Source: Lepidodermella squamata
Taxonomy: Eukaryota; Animalia; Gastrotricha
Direction of reading: 5' to 3'
Assembly (NCBI GenBank): GCA_047495785.1
Contig: JBLDXI010000026.1
Coordinates: 372,001 to 436,000 of the forward strand
DNA length: 64,000 nt
Shown here: positions 37,420 to 50,078 of the stretch, one piece after another
How the letters are laid out: each line of letters opens with the position of its first letter
Numbering within the stretch: the first letter of the stretch is position 1
Program-made: the position numbers and the translations under genes
Notes under the pieces: generated by a model
Seen by the model: only the letters and a program-made list of their open reading frames with translations
Database searches by the model: none
Told to the model about the DNA's origin: nothing

Positions 37420-40400
37420 TAACTTGATCGATGTTCCAGATCCAAGTGTTTCGGATTTATTTTCATTTTTCGGCCCTAAATCTTTGATTTGGGATCAAAA
37501 CTCGTTGAAATCAAATCCGCGTGAACCAAAATCTTATCTTTGAAAAAATCAATTTGAACTCTTCATAATCTTTTTCTGCGTTTTTATGATGAAAAATTAT
37601 CGAAATTTCTACAACTACGAAGCTATTTTTGTTAAATTTTTACCACGCCGTAGTACCGTATATATAGCCGGACTCGAGTACAAAAAATTGTTGACAACAG
37701 AAATGTGCCATGATATATGATTTGATTTAATATTGGTCCTCTTATTTGATATCCAGATTCTCTTGTAAATAGAATGATTCGATGCTTTTAAGAAAATTAT
37801 GTAAATAATGAGTCAATTAATTAATTAATTTTTGCCTACTAATCTTGTTCCCACTTTTCGCTTTAACGACAATCAAAAATTATCGAAAATGATTATCGAA
37901 CAGAATAAAAAATAAAATCATTTAATCAAATATATATGGCTTGGATTTGCGATCGAAATCATCTATAATAACTTGCCGGTTCTATACATTCCAGTCTATG
38001 GCTTTTGCCAAAAAATATGGATTGATAAGTCGGAAATTTGAAGAAATTCGCGAAAAACCTTAAATTCAAATTTCGTTTTTTTGAATAATCGAACGCAAAC
38101 AAAATATGTCTCCCGTACATAATTGCTCCAATATGCAATATCGCCGAAGTTATAATCAATGATACTAATGGCTTATTGATTTAGCTGTAGAGAGTCTTTT
38201 CACTCTTATAGATACGGCCATTTGTTTCACCATTGAATTTGGCGTCAGAGGCGTAGTCAACGCGCATGCTATCAATTCAGTGTAAACTGCTGCGCGCAAG
38301 TTTCTTGCCTAAGTCCCCGAATAAATCGATCCAGCGTCGAATCCGTGATAGATAGAACCATGCGGTTTGCTGCATTAGAATCGCCGAAAAATTCTGCTTC
38401 TGGCACAACATATTTGCTTGCTGGCACAAACCCTCCGGTCTAGCCGTTAAACCCGAAGTTCAGCTACCGGTATCGACTTGAACGGAATACTTGCTCATGT
38501 TGATTCACAAAACTCGATCCACCTTAAAAATGGTGATAGCTACAAAAACGGGGTTTGTTGCGTTAGATTCGCCGAAAAATTCTACTACTGGCACAACACA
38601 TTTGGTTGCTGGCACAGCCCTCCTGGAGTAGCCACAAAACAGAATTTTGGTCTCTCTTACCACATTTGAATGAATCTTTGCTCAACTTGCTTCACAAAAA
38701 TGAATCCAGCTCAAAAACGGTGATAGCTATAAACCCGGGGTTTGCTGCGTTGAATTCAGGGCAAAATTCTGATACTGGCACAACACATTTGGTGGCTGGC
38801 ACAAAGCATGCCATGCCTCCGTGACACATCAAAAGATAGAAATAATCGATTTTGACGCGATTCCGTCCCATTTTTTCATTTCAAAATTTATTTAAAATCG
38901 AGCAATGATTAAACCCTCGACAAAGCACCACCAGGTAGGGTAATCATAGGCGCTCTATCGAATGGTGTCATTTTTGAGGGTGGCACATGCTCACCTGGGG
39001 TCAAAGGTCACGAAAAATGTCAATTTGTCACATTTTGAGGTCAAAAACCTGTTTTATCTCTAAAACCATGATAGCAGTACAAAAAAGGATTGCAAATTCT
39101 GATTCAGCGTAAAATTTTACCCTTACCCAGTTACTTTCACGACTGGCACACGCTGTCGCACCACATGAAGCGACGCTAATGCCAGTCGCGGATGACCTGA
39201 AAATGTCCCAAATTCGTTTTTTCGCTCCAGTTTCATGATGGTAAGTGATATGAGGGTGCAATACACCTTGATTTGCTCAGAATAATGTCCTCTAGCTGGC
39301 ACACTGGTGGCACAATGTCCCAGATGGGCGGAACCCATTGCTTCATGATCTTTGTCGCACACTTCAGCCCGGTCCGGAGGAAACCACCGCGGATCCGTAA
39401 ATATGCGTACATGAAAGGTAATCATTACTTATTCAATCTGATATTCCGATAATCCATTTCATATTACAGAGGCTTTCGCCTTATCAGATCGGGATTCGGC
39501 ACAGGCCATTGAGACAGGATGGCTTTTAACCGCGCTAGCTTTTCCAGCACAACCTGGCAATGACAATCCACTTACAATTAATGAAGCGGTATTACCACAG
39601 TTTCTGGCCGTTTTCCCGGAGTTTGAGGTATGTAGTAATTTGTTGGTTGATGTATTTTAATGATTCGAGATCCGCCTGAGGATACTTTGATGAGAAAAGC
39701 AAGTTTCCGACTAGAGCGAGAACATTTTTTTCTAATTTGGTGCCGTGCATACCGGAGAGTCACTACTATTGCGATCGTCGCGGTCTTGGGGCATTTGGGC
39801 ATCCTAAATGTTCAGCCTGAAAGTTGTTTGGGGCCTGAAGCACTGTACAGTGCAGAAGGTGCAGTATCTAACTTTGTCTATTTTGCAGCCTTTCGCTAAT
39901 TGGGGGAAGGAGCTATCGCATGTGCTGAGTTGCTGGGAACCGACAATGCCAGAATTCGCTTTATTCCTCTGCTACCTGTATTTCAGTGGTTCGCACAAAA
40001 ATTCGTGATCACTCCTCACGTATGATGCTCTTTATTTTCTTACACAGCATCCGAGACTCGGGCATTGGTTCGATTATCAAATGTACTGCAGAAATCTATG
40101 TTCATGCAATGCGCTGCTATGAGGAAAGGAAGCGAGTGGCAAGACCACGTCAAAAGAGCAATTACTATTATGGATCAAGCCGCAGCGTACAGGCGAACAT
40201 TTTATAAGAAAGCAGAGGATCGCTCAAGTTCATGGGTGCGCAACATCAAGCTGCCTTTCTAGTTTCAGATACGTAGTAAAGTGTTCAGTTGTTCGATACC
40301 TAAATAAAAATGCTTCTGATATTCGCGTTACCATTTATTTTTCAAGTCGCCTAACCCACGGTGTTATGAATACATTTCGCAGACTCAGGATTTCTCTTGT

Positions 40401-40686
40401 GGTGTCGCGCCCTATTTTCATCAATGTTACTCTTATCAAACGTTGTGCGCTTAATCAAATTGAATTAGGGTGAGCTCAAATGGAATGATCCAATCAATCG
40501 TGCTTAGCGCTAGCGATGTGGCGATACTTCATAGAGCAAGCATAACAAAAATGAACGTCATTTCATAAGCCACGCTTAATGGCTGTCATCGGAAATTAGA
40601 ATGGGTAAGCTTAATTGGTGGATTACATTAGTTACACCAAATTTACAATCGATTCATCGGTTTAAACTAGAATAATTAAAAGTATT

Positions 40687-41402
40687 ATGGCGATCAGCGG
40701 GCGGCTGGCGGGTCAAAAACAGAGGGCTACAATATTCTGCAACGTAATACTATCCCCGGATGCTCGAAATCCGATATAACCATTTCTTCCATAGGTATGC
40801 GGCAAAGTTGTTGCGCCTAGACTACGATACCAGCCGAGGCGATGTAACGCCTGTCAGGTAAACTCCGCCTCCCGTATCACCTCTAATTTATGATTTTTTG
40901 GAATCATTTTGAGAAATTTTTTGCTCGGCAATCCCAACGACGATACGAATTTCAATGTATTACTGGAAGATTCGACTGCAAGATACAGCATGGAGAAACG
41001 CGGGGTTGCTGCACCCGTTGCCGGCTCGAAACTTGCTTTCTATTAAGAGGAACAAATCGTAAGTTATGTATTTCAACCAGCAAAACATATAATGGCCCAG
41101 ATCATAGAAAGCAAGCTTCCGAGCCTTTAAGCACCGATACTAGGGAACTTAATTACCGGGCTCATTTATCATTTCTCAATGACTTGCATTCAGCATTTTA
41201 CAGTGATTTTCCAAGTGTAATCAAGTGCAGATCTCAAAAGGGTGCGCGGAAATTTTGCTTGTACCCAGATCCCCTTTCACCTCAAGCAGTTCACCTTAAA
41301 CAAGGCGATCCCATAATAACGGGGTTGACAGCAACATTTTACCGATTTGTATTGGTAAATCGTTCCTCAAATCGAATTACGCATTTCAATTTTATACGTT
41401 GA
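40687..41402 (+). CDS. NHR copy 7: DNA-binding domain only (P-box CNACQK), LBD exons missing; may be a pseudogene
   Basis: MAISGRLAGQKQRATIFCN|VCGKVVAPRLRYQPRRCNACQ|KFFARQSQRRYEFQC...CRLETC and a shortened exon 4 (LSFLNDLHS); no exon 5-8 homologues before copy 8. Confidence 0.65.
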
Positions 41403-41962
41403 TTTACAAAGGCAGAGGCATAGCGTCAGACTAACTCAAACTCAATTTTATGTAATTATAATGTTCAATAGGATAGCTGGTTTACTAAGGCGCGCGTTTC
41501 GTCTGTAGTTGTATTCGGCCGAAACACGAACTTCCCCATATGTGTGACGTTGACCAAACAGCTGTCCGCGATGTCCAGACCATCCGCTGGAGCTTAAATT
41601 ACTGACGTTGCTTTAGTACCTTTCAAGCGTCAAGCCGCAGCGCCTTTATTTTGCTTAGACTGTATGACTAATACATGGTTGCTGAAAGGTAAAATGTACT
41701 CCTTTGAAGCTTCTCATTGATAGCCGTCTCTGAATTGGATTTCATTATATTGCGAGTCATTATTTCGCTTTAATGCTGAGAGAAATTCTCAGTGTTTTGG
41801 TGCAGGCATGTTTCCTGCCTAATACATTTTACTCAATGATGCATAGGCGCGTGCAATAAAACGGAAAATCAATAAAGCTTGTAAGGTTTGCCATGCAAGG
41901 GGACGCCTTATTCGTCCGATAGTACTACATATGCACATTTTGAACGATTTTCAGGTATCAAA

Positions 41963-43588
41963 ATGGACGAACGCGATGAAGAAGTTGCTCAAGAGCGAGC
42001 TACAATCTACTGCAGGGTAAAAGCTTCGCATGTTTTTTTTTGCCTGCTCATAATCCAATCATTTTGGCTCACAGGTATGTGGCAAGGTTGTCCCACCGAG
42101 AAAGCGATATCATCCTAGGCAATGTAATGCCTGCCAGGTAGGAACATTCCTTGTCAATTTGGCTCTAAGCAATTGTCTGGTAATTATTTAGAAATTTTTC
42201 TCTCGACAAGCCGATCGAAGATACGAATTCCAATGTATCGGTGGCAAATTTGACTGCAAGATAAAGCAGGGAAGAACTCGTGGTTGTTGTACCCGATGTC
42301 GGCTTGAAAAATGCTTTGAAACACGAATCCAAATTCGTTTGTCATCTTATTCGCTGATCTACTTTAGAAAATGACTACACCATTTTCCAGATATGAAGAA
42401 GCAAGTTGCCAAAGAAGATCCTGCAAATTCAAAAATTGAGCCGAGTGGCCCTTCTGGAGTTGACAAGAATAATTTGTCCCAAATCGACCACATTGATGAC
42501 TCAAGTTTAGTCTTAGTCGAAAAGGTGACAAAAAAATCAATTTTGGGACTCACGATTCTGCATGATTTATATTCGGTAAGAGAAAGAATTGACTTTGCGA
42601 TCTTTTTCGAAAATTTTCCATTTCCATAGTTCCCTCTCCGAAAACGCGATAAACCGTATGTCGACATCAATATGTTGGCCGCTGACTTTTGCATTCATCA
42701 CATCAGCATTTTCTACAATTTGAGCTTCAAATTCGCGGAGCACATCAGAGGTTGGCTTTTATTATTCATGGATTTTGTTCGTGATTAGTTCATATTCCCT
42801 AGATGCATTTTCATTGTCTGACTCTGATTTCGACGCAACTTTGACTACAGGCTGGGCACCAACAGCTTTCACATTTGCAGCTCTGCCGAGTAACCAATGT
42901 GCCATGTCCGTCAACGATGCTATTCTTCCTCAATTTTTAACCATTTTTCCGGAGTATAAGGTTAGTATCGATAGTAGATATTGAGCAGGCCAAGGCGTAG
43001 CGCGGTAGTTTAAGGTCACCTTGAGCAAATCAAGTATAAGGCGATATGGCGTAATTTCCTCCAACGTTAACGTGAATTCGTAGAAAATGACGATAAATCA
43101 TGCACAGCCATTAGCAATTAGCCATGTGAAGAGTTGTTGGTTGTTGTATTCATCTGCTTCTACTAAAATGTTTCCACAGCCAGTGGTCGAGCTATCCAAG
43201 GAGCTTTCGCACGTGATAACATGCTGGAATCCATCGATGCCCGAATTTGCCTTACTACTCATTTTTTTGTTCCTCAGTGGTGAGACTTTTCTTGTTCAGA
43301 ATGTTCTCGAACTCGTCTCCACTTTATCCAGGAAAGAGCGTTCGAGCGACAAACCCCCGCCTGACTCAACTTTCAAGACTCGCGAAAAAGTCTCTCGCTG
43401 TTTTGAAATCATCAACCTCAAATGGCGATGAAAGCCATAGTGACAACTATCCCAATCGAATACTAACAATATTGGAAAACCTTGCTGAAATAACACCAGG
43501 TATCATTGAAACCACGGCAGCTCGCCGAGATTTCGCTTTTACAGAGCAGCAATTCAGCATGGCTATGGAGAGGCTTTCAATGTCTTAA
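41963..43588 (+). CDS. Divergent NHR, copy 8 (P-box CNACQK; most divergent LBD)
   Basis: MDERDEEVAQERATIYCR|VCGKVVPPRKRYHPRQCNACQ|KFFSRQADRRYEFQCIGGKFDC...; LBD exons in ORFs 42775, 43087 and 43247, ending FSMAMERLSMS*. Confidence 0.85.
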
Positions 43589-44410
43589 ATACGGGCAAAT
43601 CGAGAACTCTGGACAAAGAATTCTTGCTGATGCCAAACAGTGTCGACTCATTTTCCTTTCTAATTGTGGTTTCGAAGCTCGAACATCGCCCCTCTAAAGC
43701 AATAACAAAAAAATGTTACAGAAAAGTCTGAATAATACCGATGAGCGACGATTACCAATGTGAAATCATCGTCATGTTAAAGTGTGAGCATACTATAGAT
43801 AAAGAATGAAACATAACATTGAGCACAGGAAAGAAGTAATAAAATAACGCAACGCCAGAAAGGGTTTTTGTCGATTGTGGCCTTTTGAAAATACGCATGT
43901 TGTTGTAGCCTTTTGTTAACTATTGTTGTTCTTGGAAGTTCTGGATCCCTGTGTAACCTTTCTCTGATGATTAATCGTCGGCAGGAATCGGCAGGGTACC
44001 AGGCAAATCCGGGATCTAATTGCATTGTACCTTTCAGAAGACTTTTCAAAAGACGGTGAAGATCTGGAACGATTTACCATCCTATTGCTTTCCTCCTCCT
44101 TCTGAATATTATCAAATGTCGGATGAGTGCGCTAGGCCTAAGTCTAAACCTGTGGCACTCTTTGCAATTTGACATGCAAATGCTTGTTGAATAAAAATGT
44201 CATTCAAGCATTATCACTTTCTTACTTATCACTATCTAGAAGCTATGACAGATACTCTTGAGAAGCACTAATAACCTATGCTAGCGTTGTTTTCACTCAT
44301 CGATGCGTGCTACTAGAGAGCAAAAAAATCAATAAAGCGCCGTCCTGCAAAAAAATAGTTCAGTTTTTCTTATCGAACTGTAGAAAAAATTAGAATTATA
44401 AAGCATTAAC

Positions 44411-46130
44411 ATGGATACCAGCGATGAACAGTGTGTCAAGAAACATAAGTCAGTAGTCTACTGCAACGTAATTATTTCGTGACTTTTTTGACTTCACGAC
44501 CCAATTTTTTTCATATAGATTTGTGGAAAAGTTGTCCCGCCAAGAGAACGTTATCATCCTAGGCAATGTAATGCCTGCCAAGTAATTCTTTATTCTCAAC
44601 ATTTTCGGTAATAATTTCTAGCGTTCATTTAGAAATTTTTCGCTCGACAACGCGAACGAAGATTTGAATTTCAATGTATCACTGGGAAATTCAACTGCGA
44701 GATAAATCCGGGAGAAACTCGTGGTTGCTGTACCCGTTGCCGGCTTGAAAAATGCTTTACATTGAGACTCCAAAGATGTATGTCATTTGTTTTTCTATTT
44801 TTGGACAGATATATATATAAGTAGAATCCTCTAGATTTAAGGAAGAAAAGCGATGATTCTCCGGGCGATACTGAAAAGGATCCAAGTGAAGATTCTAGGT
44901 CGAAAGAAGATAACTCGGCTTCAAATGAAAATTCATGTGGCATCTGGCTTAGTGCCATTGGCGAAGAATCAGCCTCCCGCTTTGTAGCTGCTAATAGCAG
45001 GAATTCAATTATACCAAACAATCCTGTTCTAATCCACTTCAGACAGGTGGAGGAAGTCACCAAAAGCTGCATTATCGCGCTCACGTTTCTGCATGACTTG
45101 CATTCGGTAACTTTATCTAGGTTTTCTCAGTCCAATCACTCATTCCATGTCGAATTTAGCTCCCGCTGAGAAGACGGAACGTTCCTTATGATGACATCTC
45201 CCAGCTAGCATCAGAATTTTACACCGGTCAGATCAGGATCTACAACGAAGCAAGCACCAAATTCGCTAAGTACTTAAAGGGTACACATTTTTTCAATTAA
45301 TCTGATTTTGCTCATCGATTCATTTCAAGTTTAATGTTACTCTATCGCAGATGCTTTTGGAGTTTCTAATCACGAATTGACTCAAGCTGTGGCGACCGGG
45401 TGGCCCTCAACTGTGTTAGGTTTCACTGCCCAACCTGGCAGCGATAACCCAACACCAGTCAACGAAGCTCTCTTGCCAGCATTTCTGACCGCTTTTCCCG
45501 AGTTTGAGGTAAGCACTGTTAACCGCTATTTTCAATGGTACATGATACGAAACAAACAGTTGAACATGTATGATGCTATGCTATACATGCGTCTCACCTT
45601 CATGTTCAAAATAAGAATCCCAATATACCATATCTCAGGAAGCAAATGAGTTGAGCCCTGGCCCCTAGCGTGATTAACATTATTCGGTAGCTTTTCATCA
45701 GTCGAAAGGCGGAGTCTAACATTGTAAATCTATTTATTATTTTTACAGCCTGCCGTTATGTCGGCTAGGCAGCTATCCCGCGTGCTGAGTGCCTGGCAAC
45801 CAACAATGCCGGAATGCGCTTTATTTCTCTGTTACCTATTCTTCAGCGGTATATTTATCAAATCTGTATTTTCCGTTTTGGGTACATCAAATGATTCTTT
45901 GATACGCAGGATCCTCGATTCCGAAATTGGTTCGACTGTCAAATTTCTTGCTAAAATCGCTGTTCATGCATTACGTTGCTCTGAGAAGAGGGAATCAGCG
46001 GCAGGATGGAATTCACATCGAAAGAGCCATGGCTATCATGCAACAAACCACAGCAGATAGACCGACATTTTTGAAAAAAGCGGAGGCTCACTTAACTTCC
46101 TGGGTGCGAGACGTCAAGCCGTCCTTGTAG
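44411..46130 (+). CDS. Divergent NHR, copy 9 (P-box CNACQK)
   Basis: MDTSDEQCVKKHKSVVYCN|ICGKVVPPRERYHPRQCNACQ|KFFARQRERRFEFQC...; LBD exons in ORFs 45377, 45758 and 45927. Confidence 0.85.
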
Positions 46131-46789
46131 TCTGAAGTCTGAAGCGTTGTTAACCTTTTCGTGTTTTAGTGACATCTCAATTAATAAACATCGGTTCGTC
46201 GAGTCGTCTGGCGAAGAAATCGATTCTGCTTTTCCTGATAATGGGTTGTGTACTGAATTTTCCTCATCCTATCTCTTATCACATTTCAATGTCCCCACGG
46301 TCTTCGAATTCTTCAAATTTCGGTCATCGCCACTGATCACACCATATCAAGTTTAGTTACAGCGCAATTCGAAATGACTCCAGCAATAGCTTTCAATTTA
46401 TTGGCGACGAAGCGCTGAATTTTAGGTATAAAACGATGAAAATAGTAATTGCTGGTGTTTATCACCTATGAAAGTATGGAATGTCATCACTGATCACCTA
46501 CTCACGCCGCTCGGTGTCTGATGTGCGAGTTCGATCAATAATTCTGCTCTATTAAAGCCTCAGACTAGTATTACAGCTTCTGAAATTTAATATACTACGA
46601 GTTAGGCATTGAATTGGAAAGCAGCATCAATAAGCGTTTTGCCTTGCATTGCAAGAGTTGGAACGACGTTTTGAGGCGATTATCGCTGTTTTTTTCGTGA
46701 CGAACTATCACACCATAAAACCTACGAAAGCGTTATTGTTATTTCCTGAAAGCCATAGAATAGGTTACTATCCCGTCTTTCTTATGCAG

Positions 46790-46997
46790 CGAATTCGGTT
46801 CCGGCGTTGGCACGAATATCAGATATCTTGCTGAATCATGCATTACGATGCTTTAAGAAAAGGATGTCAGTCGAAGGACGAGAATCATGTTGAAAGAACT
46901 ATTGCTATCAAGCAGCAGGCTGCAGCGTATAGGCCCGGCGTTGTTCAAAAAAGCAGAGGCGCGCCCGATTTCCTGGGTTAAAAACATCAGTTCATGA
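46790..46997 (+). pseudogene. NHR last-exon pseudogene fragment
   Basis: Frameshifted homologue encoding ALARISDILL / MHYDALRKGCQSKDENHVERTIAIKQQAAAYRP / SWVKNISS*. Confidence 0.75.
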
Positions 46998-47771
46998 ATT
47001 TAAGAAGTGTTCTCTTGCTTGATAATGAAATAATACAAAATACAATAATGATTAAGGGAATATCTTTTAGCGGAACCAAATTTACAGTGAGCGGAACCAA
47101 ATTTGCTTTTTGCGGAACCAAACTCGAAAGGGTGGCTGAGCGAGCGTAGCAGAAAAGTGAGTTGCGCTGCAGAGTGAACGTAGCAGAAATCAAAACAGTG
47201 TAGCAGCAACGCGTGTTTAGTAGCACTTATACGTAATCCGTCGCGCATTCATCTAATCCGCTGCGTAAACCCGTGCTATGACGCGGCAGGTGGTGCGACG
47301 GTCGCAAAAATAAGGGTGAGCGTAGCAATTTGATCCAAACTGAATTTGGTAAAAAGTTGTTATATTGTTATATATTGTTATATAGGCAACACTATAACAT
47401 ATAGGAAGCAAACGATCTTTCTATAGTGACTTCATTCGAGCTGAATTCGCTGAAAGATGCGGCACGCGACCACTTTATGCCATCTATCGAATGAGCCCAG
47501 CTAAATTTTGCCAGTCTCATAATTAATTTTCTAGAATTTTGGGCTGTCTTTGCAGGTTTACGGCAACTTTGCCATTCTTCTGCCGCGGTTGGCTTGTCCG
47601 GAAATTTTTTGAAAATTAGTTTTTTCATGTTGAGAATTGTCTCTATCCGTCGATTTTATGGTCTATCATGAAGGAATAGAAACTTTTACTATTCTTCCAT
47701 CGTAATAGTCATTGTGCGCGGCGTGCGCGCTGGAGACTCGAGAGATCTGGAGATCTTAAGCGAAGAAGAGC

Positions 47772-47960
47772 GGGACTGGCACTGCGCGAGGAGGCGGGCC
47801 GCCCACAGTTCTGGTTACGCATGGGGGCGGGCGTCATGCTGCTGCTCAACGTAAAAACGCGCTTTACGGTTTTATATAGCGAAATTTAGGCTGCTCTCAT
47901 CTGCTATAAAATGCTGTAATGCCCTGCCGCCGCCTGCGCCGCCTACTGTCTCCTGCCAAG
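47772..47960 (+). repeat. GC-rich dispersed repeat, second copy of 26393-26590
   Basis: Direct sequence similarity to 26393-26590. Confidence 0.75.
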
Positions 47961-50078
47961 TCCGGCAGTTTTTAAGGCAGAATAGTCGAAATTCCTCGTT
48001 TTATCGTCGTTGAGGGTATCAAAATCTCCGCATTGCGATTTTTCTCCGCAAGACTAGAAGCGTCTTGTAAGGTCTTGTAAGGTCTTGTAACATTGCGTGA
48101 GATGAAAAGTCGCAAGAGTATATAAAATATTAATAATAGTAATATTTTCATTTAGTCAATGTCTATATCGATAAACGGTTTTGAAGAGGGCGAAGGCTGG
48201 CGAAAGATGGAAATCACCCACCACCTCAGTTGAAGATCCTACTTTTTCCGAGAAATTCATAATAATTAATTGTGTTAACTATCAAGTGTTAACAAAAGTC
48301 GCAAGAGTATATAAAAATACCTACTAAAAATATCTTAGTTTTTCGAGCTCTATCCGAAAAAAATGTTTTGCGATGATCTGAAAACATAGGTTGGGATGAT
48401 GGATGATCTGAAAACACGAAATTGCCCAATTCAATTTTGTTTGAATAATTAAAATAAATGTTTTGAATAATCTGTAATTATAACTTTTTCGACTTGCTAC
48501 GTTCACTCAGATTTTTGCTACGGTACTTCAGATTTGCTATATAACACCGGGTGGTGCTACACTCGCACAGATTTCTAGCGCTCGTTGCGCTTCTCCTAAT
48601 TCTGCTACGCTCACTCAGGTTTACGCAGCGCTCACCATTTAACTCAACTCGAAATCGTGCCATGCAAACTGGCTGGTGGTTAATGGATTTTATACCTAAT
48701 TTTAGCCATTTTTCATGTGTTACATGGTCGAATAAAGACGAAATAGGTGCCAAAATGACCGCGCTGCCGCGCTGAGCAAAAATTTGTGCGAATATTTGCT
48801 ACATGCCTCACCGATGTTGCGCAATAAGAAAAAAACTGTAGTGCGTAGTACATTTATGTTTGCGTGTGCCGGTTATGCAACTGGTGCGCGAGCGCGCATT
48901 GTTGGCACATGCGCGATTACGCGTTCGCATGAAAGTACTGTAGCAAAAAGCACACGCCGGCATTAATCAGTCTAATGATTTCGTTTGCGGCGTAAGCCTT
49001 CGATTAAAAAATTCCTCATAAGAGGCGTTTTCTATGGAAAACTAAAAAACACGTGCCCGTTATTTTTGAGACGCTCATCAGTCATATGTTACAGAAACAA
49101 GTTCCAAATATTGGAATTGTCCATAGGCGCTACCAATGTGGTGGCTCATGGAGGCCGAAATTTGCAGCAATGTTACATACGTGCTTCCGTATTTGTATAT
49201 GCTTTCGCTTCGTTTTGGCTGCATCGATTTTAGAGCCAGAATTCCGTAATTCTGGCCAGAATTCAGGCATTCTCATACTTGGCCAGGCCCAGTCATCGAG
49301 GTCAAGGTCTTTCGTTTTGCAAAATAAATGTACGGTTTTGCTGGTATCAGCTATGCATGCGTCAGGCCACATTTAATACAATTAATACCACATTTAATAC
49401 AAAACGTCACCCATCATGAATTGTGTAGTTTCTCATTTATCATAAAATGTACAAGTTGAAATCTGAGCGGATTTTTAAATTTTCAAAACTTTGAAATTAG
49501 ACGGGGGCTATATATCTAATACCGCGGTTCTCGCCGTCCGGAATATTTTTTTATAGTCCCAGCCGCAGTATTAAGGATCCAGCTGCGCTACTTTCGGCTA
49601 CTCATCCATGTACGCTCATTTAAGTAGGTTATTGTGGCTTTTTCGGCTGACAGGCGAAAGGAGTAGGATGAATATGAGAAACCAATATTAAATATTATTA
49701 GTTTTAGGTTAAATTCTACCGATAAATTGGACATAGCAAGCGGGAAAAGTCAAAACTGAAATGCGCTCAAAATCGGTCAGAAAACGGTCAGAATTATGAG
49801 CAGCTGTTAGGTATAAAAGCGCTGACATTAAGGTGTAAGGAGCGCTATAGGGACTACTACACAATGCAAGGGATTAAAATGTGCGCACGCAAAAAAACGT
49901 CAAAACATTTGTCAACAAGGAAAGGGCTCACAATGCATAAAAAAACAACGCGCGCACTAATTAATTTGTGTCATGTTGCTGCTCATGCAACAAATAGAGC
50001 ACGCCACGCCGTGTGCACTATTTATCGAAATGAGCGCACGCAAAAAACTCAGTCATAGTTTTTGAGTTTTGGGCATTT

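Larger units (their letters stand above)
30051..39406 (+). mobile_element. Foldback/NOF-like (MULE-superfamily) DNA transposon with long modular TIRs and 9-bp TSD
   Basis: TSD GTACATGAA at 30042-30050 and 39407-39415. Termini GCAYATTTACGGATCCGCGGTGGTTTCCTCCGG. Arms 31376-31885 and 38870-39373 are near-identical inverted copies, followed inward by three ~190-bp subterminal units on each side. Confidence 0.92.
29299..40262 (+). pseudogene. Divergent NHR, copy 6, disrupted in exon 5 by a 9.36 kb transposon
   Basis: Exons 1-5 at 29299-30050; coding resumes at 39407 (GTACATGAAAG|gtaatc). Exons 6-8 to 40262 are otherwise open. Confidence 0.88.
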
